From positions 1-64,000 of the forward strand of contig CAJNOH010000675.1 in assembly GCA_905250005.1 (NCBI GenBank): DNA of 64,000 nt, in the 5' to 3' direction. Positions 57,710 through 64,000 of this stretch are shown one piece after another. How positions within the stretch are numbered: the first letter of the stretch is position 1; each line of letters opens with the position of its first letter. Source of the stretch: Rotaria sordida (lineage: Eukaryota). The translations under genes were made by a program, and so were the position numbers. The notes under the pieces are model-generated. The model was not told the DNA's origin and did no database searches. It worked only from the letters and a program-made list of their open reading frames with translations.

Positions 57710-59224
57710 ACAATAATCAATAATATTCTTCAACTTTCTTTACATGGTAATCCATTAATTTGTAATTGTTGGCTTGGTTCTATACTTTATTCATCTTCTA
57801 TCAATATTACTGATATATCTTTAATTCAATGTAATTCTCATTCAATTATGAATATATCTCAGGATAATTTTCTATGTCCATATTCTCAATATTGTGCATC
57901 TGATTGTTCTTGTTGTGATTTTGAAGCATGTGATTGTCATTCTGTATGTCCATCAGAATGTTTATGTTTACATGATAGTTTATGGTCAAATCATATTGTT
58001 CAATGTCAACAAAAAAATTTATTTGATATACATATACATTTACCTGAAACAATAACTGAACTTAATTATGAAGAAAATAATATTGAACAATTACAATCAT
58101 TTATATTTATTGGTAAAAATTTATTAATTAAATTAAATTTAGCAAGAAATAATATAAAAAATTTAACAAATGATATATTTTGTGGTGCATCAAATTTATA
58201 TGAAATTAATCTTAGTTATAATAAAAATTTAATAATAAAATTTTCATATATTAATGAATTATTTTCATGTTTAAAATATTTAAAATATATTATTTTATCA
58301 AAAGAACAAATTTATAATGATGAAGAAATTAATACTGAATGGATAATGGAATTAAATAATGATTTAATTCGTCTTATACGAATAAAACAACAATTATCTT
58401 TATCAACTTATAATCTTTCTACAATTTCAATATCTAAAAATATTTATCCATTACTTCAAACGGAAATTCAAACAACAACAACAATATTTTCTATTTATCA
58501 TCAACAATCATTAATTTCTTCAAATTTTATACAACATAATCAAACATTAATTATAATTGTGTTTTTTCTTTTATTATTTATTTTACTTTTTTTATTATTT
58601 CTTGTATTATTAGCTATATGTCGACGAAAACTTCGTCATCATTTAAAAATTGAACTTCAACGTCAACGTTCTCAACATTATTATCATCATAAAAATTTAC
58701 ATCAATCATCAATTCAAATTTCTAATAATAATAATAATAATAATAATAATGGAACAATTGGAGGAGGAGTAAATGAAAGTCTTTATGAACAATTACCATC
58801 ATTATCATCTGATAGTGAACAACCATTTTTATATAATGAAAAAAAATTAACTAATACAAATGCTCCAGCTTTACCACCATATCCACCTACATTTCGTCGA
58901 TATCATTGTTGTCATTCAATAAATTCACATGAATATCAATATAGTAGAAATACTTCAACAACAACAGCAGCATGTTGTTCATCATTAAATTTACAACAAC
59001 AACATTCATGTCCAGCAGTACTAGTCTTAAGAAATCCATCATTATATACAAATCATCATGATTATTCATGTGAATTACAACAATGTTTAGTTTCAAATCA
59101 ACAAGAAAAAAATTTCATATTTGGTTGTAATAATGAAACAAATTTTATACCAACAATTCTTTGTCAATGTAATGATCATATACAAAATATTGACACATGT
59201 ACCTATCCTAATGTACACAAATAG
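57710..59224 (+). CDS. LRR transmembrane receptor-like protein, exon 2 (LRRCT Cys-cluster, TM, cytoplasmic tail; stop TAG)
   Basis: Acceptor ttttctag|. Encodes TIINNILQLSLHGNPLICNCWLGS... (the LRR C-terminal flank), joining in frame to track ORF 57848-59224. This includes the Cys-rich CPYSQYCASDCSCCDFEACDCHSVCPSECLC, a TM helix IIIVFFLLLFILLFLLFLVLLAI, and an N/Q-rich tail. No TIR domain is evident. Confidence 0.8.
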   Translation, partial: TIINNILQLSLHGNPLICNCWLGSILYSSSINITDISLIQCNSHSIMNISQDNFLCPYSQYCASDCSCCDFEACDCHSVCPSECLCLHDSLWSNHIVQCQQKNLFDIHIHLPETITELNYEENNIEQLQSFIFIGKNLLIKLNLARNNIKNLTNDIFCGASNLYEINLSYNKNLIIKFSYINELFSCLKYLKYIILSKEQIYNDEEINTEWIMELNNDLIRLIRIKQQLSLSTYNLSTISISKNIYPLLQTEIQTTTTIFSIYHQQSLISSNFIQHNQTLIIIVFFLLLFILLFLLFLVLLAICRRKLRHHLKIELQRQRSQHYYHHKNLHQSSIQISNNNNNNNNNGTIGGGVNESLYEQLPSLSSDSEQPFLYNEKKLTNTNAPALPPYPPTFRRYHCCHSINSHEYQYSRNTSTTTAACCSSLNLQQQHSCPAVLVLRNPSLYTNHHDYSCELQQCLVSNQQEKNFIFGCNNETNFIPTILCQCNDHIQNIDTCTYPNVHK

Positions 59225-61363
59225 TGATTTGTTTTCAAGGAATATGTATCAATAAAAAATAAATGATGTTTTTAATAGAAACACATGTGTAATATTTTCA
59301 TGAGAGAAGTTTTTCAATTGATAAACCGTTGTTGACTCGAGCCTATGTGCATTATGTAGACACACATGAGCTATGAATACTTTGAAAAGCTGTCGTACAT
59401 TTAGTTTATTGCTGTAGAGATATTGTATTTTTACAGTGTTTTTTAAATTAATGCCGTGGCCGCCTCTTTAGTAGAGCCCATCGGGTCCGAATCATAAGAA
59501 AACTTTGATGTATATAATAATATGCTTTGAATTTTTGTTTGTTTTATTCAAAAAATAGGAAAAAACAACAAAACTCTTTTTGACTATGATATCTAAACAT
59601 AGTTACCATTGGGTTCGGATCCTTAGAGTCAGAAATTCTAAGATCCGATTACCTCTCGGAAACATCAAGAAAATTCATTTTCGAATTTCGATTTATAATT
59701 TTGCGTAGAGATAGGACGTGGATGCCAATCTTGCTCTTGTCTTCACGCATATCTACATCCAATCTATCTTTGATTGTAACGCGGCTTTCGTCTTTTAAAC
59801 TGTTTATTATGGTTTGTCATCTGAAAAAAGTAAGTTGTAAAAAAGAATATATAACAAGTCGTATTTGTTCATTCTATCCAGACTACTGAGAAATCAGTAT
59901 ACTAATAACGGAACCTTACAGAAAGAATCACTTTCCAGAACTTATCGAAATAAAGTATATTTCAGATCTGATCAGTTCTATGCCATGTTAGTTCTTTCAA
60001 AACAAATAATTTTTATTCGGAATCATGTAAACAGCAAACAGCGACTTTTTTGGAGAGAGAAAGAAGAGAATGTCTGCTGTTGTTCAACCAGCAGCCAGTT
60101 TGAGTGATTACAATGATAAACAAGGTCGTAGAGATTTGTTTTGAGCTGTTGTAGCATTCGATCTCGCTGACAATGGATTAATTGGATGATTTCACTTAGC
60201 AGAGTTCTCAAAAAAAAAACTTGAACATATCTATCAACAGAGCTCGACTGAGTATGTTAAATGGACTGGTTTTTCTCCTCGTGGAACCGTTTTTTGAAAT
60301 ATAAAATAAAGGTATGAAACAGAACCAGATTTTGCTAGACGACATGAAATAAATATAATAATTTCTATATCTACTGGAATTTCCTAGAATAGATCGACGT
60401 TGGGCGTGAATTTGTTTTATAGATATCGATATTTTCAGAGATTTCTTAATGATGTTTGCGTTGTTAGTCTTTATTCTCTGAAAACATCTAGAAATTTCCT
60501 TTTTGGAGAGTGATAATTGTCGAATTTATCTGGCAACAACTTTCTGATGGTTCAGCAATTTCGAGATTCACTCAAACATTTCTTAGTAATATTCGAGGAA
60601 TTTTTGTAATCTTCGGTTAATTTACCTCCGCCTTCATGACAAGTTTCGGTAAATATTGTTAACTTTTGAATGTTTCTGATAAATTTCTGTACTGTATTGT
60701 TTCATAGATTCTTTTAGTATGTCTGAAATTTTCATAAAATTTGGAAATCTGAACATATCTCGTTTTCTCAGTGTTTAAATTTCAATTTGTTACAGAAATA
60801 TCGACATAACTGATTAGTTATTGAAACAAGTCGTCAAAATCGTCGATCGTTTTTGATTATTCAATAAATAATACATCGTTTTTCAACATTGGTCTCTAGA
60901 TATAATCATCTTATAGTTATGTCAGCTCGATAATTTCTAACATCTGATTCTGTTTGATGTCGATGAATACGGAGCAAAATAGAAATGTGATAAGAGAATA
61001 AATATTCTAATTGGACGGAAGTAGGTTTTTTGCATGCAAAAAAAAATTGAATAAAAGCAAATAAAGACATACAATATCGAAAATTGAGCGTGTTTCTTTA
61101 GCTGCAAATGAAACATTGCTGATATCCTAAGTGATTCATTTGGATTTAGGACGATGGAGATACGTGTTGTAACAAATATGGACATCATCCGATGATGATT
61201 CGATAGATACGTAACGAGTGTCAAATGAAAATTTGTAGGACTGCAGTCAATTCACCGTACAGTCTAATTAGTGTTGTGAATATGTAGACAATATTATTTT
61301 GTTTTGGTATAATGATATTGACATATCGATGGAGCACATATTGGAATAATTGGCTGAATAATT

Positions 61364-61666
61364 TCATGATTCTAGTAAATACTCATCTAGAGTCGAGTCG
61401 ATTGAACTCGTTGATGGAAATCGTATTGCACTACGATTGAGTTTAGTGAAAGAACTATTTAGAGTTCTATTTAGTTGATGTACATAAATATCATCATAGA
61501 AACACTTGAATGTCGGATGAGAAAGACCATTCATGAGCGAGCATCCAATGACTAAATCTAAATGTATGAAAGGTAAAAGATAACTACCAGAGTGTTTCGA
61601 ATATCTTTTAATGAAAATACAATCGCACCACGGTTCGAATCGTAAAAGATAGGCATCTTTGTACAA
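61364..61666 (-). pseudogene. decayed reverse-transcriptase fragment (retroelement relic)
   Basis: The track ORF contains RT motif A-C-like strings ...LLPFIHLDLVIGCS...NGLSHPTFKCFYDDIYVH (FYDD, roughly the YxDD catalytic motif). The surrounding 60.9-62.8 kb has higher GC and short ORFs on both strands, typical of a degraded TE. Confidence 0.35.
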
Positions 61667-63755
61667 TTCGATTTGCTACCTGCACAAGAACAACTACCAT
61701 TCATCAATGAAACTAGACTTGTGCGAAGAATGTAATATTCGTCTAAACTCGAAAAATCTGTTTTTTCAGCTTGTCATATATTGGTTTTGAAATTGATTCG
61801 CTTGAAACATATAGGAAATTAACTCATAGACATGATCTACTGCAATTAAAGCATGTTTAAGGGTGTCAGTCATTGATACGTCGATCAATGTATCAATATT
61901 TATAAAGTTATCGCTTCAATTAATATTAAACTTCTCAGCTAATTATTGGCACTAAACTGAATTAAACCACTAACCATGATGAAATATCGATAGTTTACAG
62001 CATATATATGAGGTCAGATGAGATGCCAACCAAAATTGGCCCAGGACATGTTTGTTTGTAGTAGAGAAATCAGAACATCCGCTGATAACATCACTTGATT
62101 ACAAACTTCATGAATTTCATATGAAAGCTCTATAAAATTCTTGCAATCAATAGAGATTCTCGTACAAGAACACGATAAACTGTTAGAATAATGAGTATGA
62201 AGAAATGGGCAGTAAGTCTCATTTGGTGATTTTATATACTCTTAATGACAGTGTACGACCTTGGAATCATGTGAAAAGGAAAGCGATTACGAAAGATACA
62301 ATCAATAGAGCCAGATAGATTCGTGTCGCCAAAAGTTGATATTCGACTTCATATTTTTTTCGGTGCACATTTATGAGATAAAGTTTATCTCGAACATATA
62401 GGCAATTAGTGTCCGACATGCAAGAATATTTACAATACTTCAAGATACTTGAATTCTCGAAGAATAAAGTTTGTTATTTCGTGTTCGATGACGACACAAA
62501 TGATAAATTTGGTGAATAGTCTTGATCCAAATCCATTGGTAAATAGATATTTTCATAATCGTAAAGACGCTCATCGATCAGCATCTGAACATATAATTGA
62601 TCGTAAAAGCATTGCAGTGTGGAGAAAAAAAGTCGAAAAGTTGACAATCAAGACTGAGCCCAAGAACAGTTTCATGTGAGACGAAATCCGTTTGTGCACA
62701 TGACGATGAATAGCTATAGAAGAAGCCCAACGGTTTCGGACAATAAAATATCTACTCACAAGGACAATCATAGATTTGTCGCTTCGATGTCAGCTGGAAC
62801 ATAGTGTAGGACCCATGTATTATTGATCTGTTTGGAGATCATCGCAGGATTAATTGAATTGAACGAAACGAGATGATTTTGTCAAATAATTGCTTCCGCA
62901 GGAAAGAATTTACTCCAGAGCATTGTGAAAATCTAGATAAAAAAAAACACAATGAGACTTAGTTCTTTCAGTAACGTGCTAGGGGTGGACGTGTGACATC
63001 CTTCATGTTATGGTTAATAAAAGAAATTTTTGTTTGAACTTGATTTTTCTAGTTTTTTGATACGTTAAATCGAAAACTTCATTTCAAAGACACAAGTTCG
63101 ATGATCTACAAGAATTTAAGAAAAACTTCAAAACGAAGACAAAAATTTGAAAATCTGAAAATTTTGAAAAGCATCAAAGAATCCAAAAGTTTTCTTGTGT
63201 TCTTAAAATATCAGAATGTCTTTCGCAATCTATGAAGTTAGCAGAGATGGGTCCAGCTTTCTTACTTGAACATACATTAACAATCATGTTTGAAAAAAAA
63301 TCGATGCTGTTCAAAACATCTCATTTCCGAAAGTCCTTGCAGAAAATAGTTTACTTATGGTTACACGCTTCTAAGTCTTCATGACTCTTGTCATTCTCAA
63401 TGTATTCGACAGATACTACCCTTTGTCATGAGTAGTCATTTCTTTTCACCTGTGTTATAGGAAACTTGATCGACATTCTTATCGCACCACTCTCCACTCA
63501 TCTTTCAATTCTTCCACATGAGAAATAAGCTTTAGGGAGAGACACACAATAGATGTTTGCAATGCACAAGTAAAATATTGTAATGGCCTAGAAGTTATTA
63601 GTTCTCATTTTGTTTGCTTTCGCTTTCTTTTAACATGATAAGACATGTAAAGATAACAACGATGAAATATATATATATATATATTGTTCGTTTGTTTTTG
63701 TATAAAAGAACACAGTCAAATAATAAATTATTAGTATACTACAAATCTTTCGTAT

Positions 63756-64000
63756 ATGAACAACACAATGTTAGAAAGACCAATAATAAAAACTGAATTA
63801 CCTGGTCCTAAAGCAAAACAAATAATTGATGAAGATACAAAATATGTAACACCATCGTTTATTCGTTATCCATACAAACTTGCTATAGAAAAAGCTTACG
63901 GTGTTTGGATTGAAGATACTGATGGTAATGTATTTATGGATTGTAATTCAGGCTTTGCTGTTTGTTCAACTGGTCATTGTCATCCTGAAGTTGTTGAAGC
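63756..64000 (+). CDS. class-III (PLP-dependent) aminotransferase, 5' part (continues beyond window)
   Basis: ATG at 63756. Encodes MNNTMLERPIIKTELPGPKAKQIIDEDTKYVTPSFIRYPYKLAIEKAYGVWIEDTDGNVFMDCNSGFAVCSTGHCHPEVVE. The ELPGPKAK...DxDGN...SG.AV...GH.HP pattern is characteristic of GABA/ornithine/acetylornithine-type aminotransferases. Open to the window end with no intron in the first 245 nt. Confidence 0.7.
   Translation, partial: MNNTMLERPIIKTELPGPKAKQIIDEDTKYVTPSFIRYPYKLAIEKAYGVWIEDTDGNVFMDCNSGFAVCSTGHCHPEVVE

Noticed and set aside
59440-59660. tRNA-like GGTTCGGATCC / GGGTCCGAATC motifs
   Set aside because: They resemble the T-loop consensus GGTTCGAATCC, but I could not build a cloverleaf on either strand: no matching acceptor stem or D-arm. 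More likely a GC-richer repeat fragment.
1-64000. Prokaryotic interpretation (operons, defence systems, CRISPR)
   Set aside because: Conserved proteins are interrupted by short GT-AG introns at many positions, genes carry AATAAA signals, and AT-rich microsatellites and foldback elements abound. No Shine-Dalgarno-linked ORF clusters or CRISPR-like spacer arrays were seen. The window is eukaryotic nuclear DNA.

Overview
This window is eukaryotic nuclear DNA, not prokaryotic. It is AT-rich (about 70%) and its genes are split by many short GT-AG introns, typically 45-120 nt with GTAAGT/GTATGT-like donors and a pyrimidine tract before the AG acceptor. It also carries AATAAA signals, microsatellites and long foldback palindromes. 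The gene content and structure fit an AT-rich invertebrate metazoan, possibly a flatworm; the taxon call is inference. I reconstructed exon structures by hand from the sequence, using the ORF track only as a guide. Most listed ORFs are frame artefacts or read across introns, and the track also accepts non-ATG starts.

Genes found:
- Two paralogous major vault protein (MVP) genes in tail-to-tail orientation: 2335-5680 on +, 14 exons; and 6916-10324 on -, 9 exons.
- A SUN-domain nuclear-envelope protein gene on -, 12381-15605, 7 exons.
- An exostosin-like GT47 glycosyltransferase gene on -, 16974-18357.
- A large KDM2/JHDM1-like JmjC-CXXC-PHD lysine demethylase gene on +, 18803-32972, 13 exons. 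Its huge introns are packed with microsatellites and foldback elements, and it has no F-box/LRR tail.
- A small Q/C/Y-rich protein gene on -, 33985-34315.
- A candidate secreted RFW-peptide precursor on +, 39388-39675.
- A small single-TM protein gene on -, 40140-40568.
- An intronless amidated neuropeptide prohormone on +, 46170-46511, with five tandem LxxAKFASGL-Gly-Lys-Arg units.
- A proline-rich repeat protein gene on +, 47001-48094.
- A 14-3-3 epsilon gene on +, 48749-49770, 5 exons.
- An LRR transmembrane receptor-like gene on +, 55792-59224.
- A decayed reverse-transcriptase relic near 61.4 kb.
- The 5' end of a class-III aminotransferase on +, from 63756 to the window edge.

Non-genic structure includes four long near-perfect foldback palindromes (14.0 kb, 21.8-22.7 kb, 24.1-24.6 kb, 43.6-44.5 kb), dispersed CCGGT/GCTGG-motif clusters, a GC-rich inverted-repeat island at 40.8-41.0 kb, and a G-quadruplex-type G-run in the LRR gene intron.
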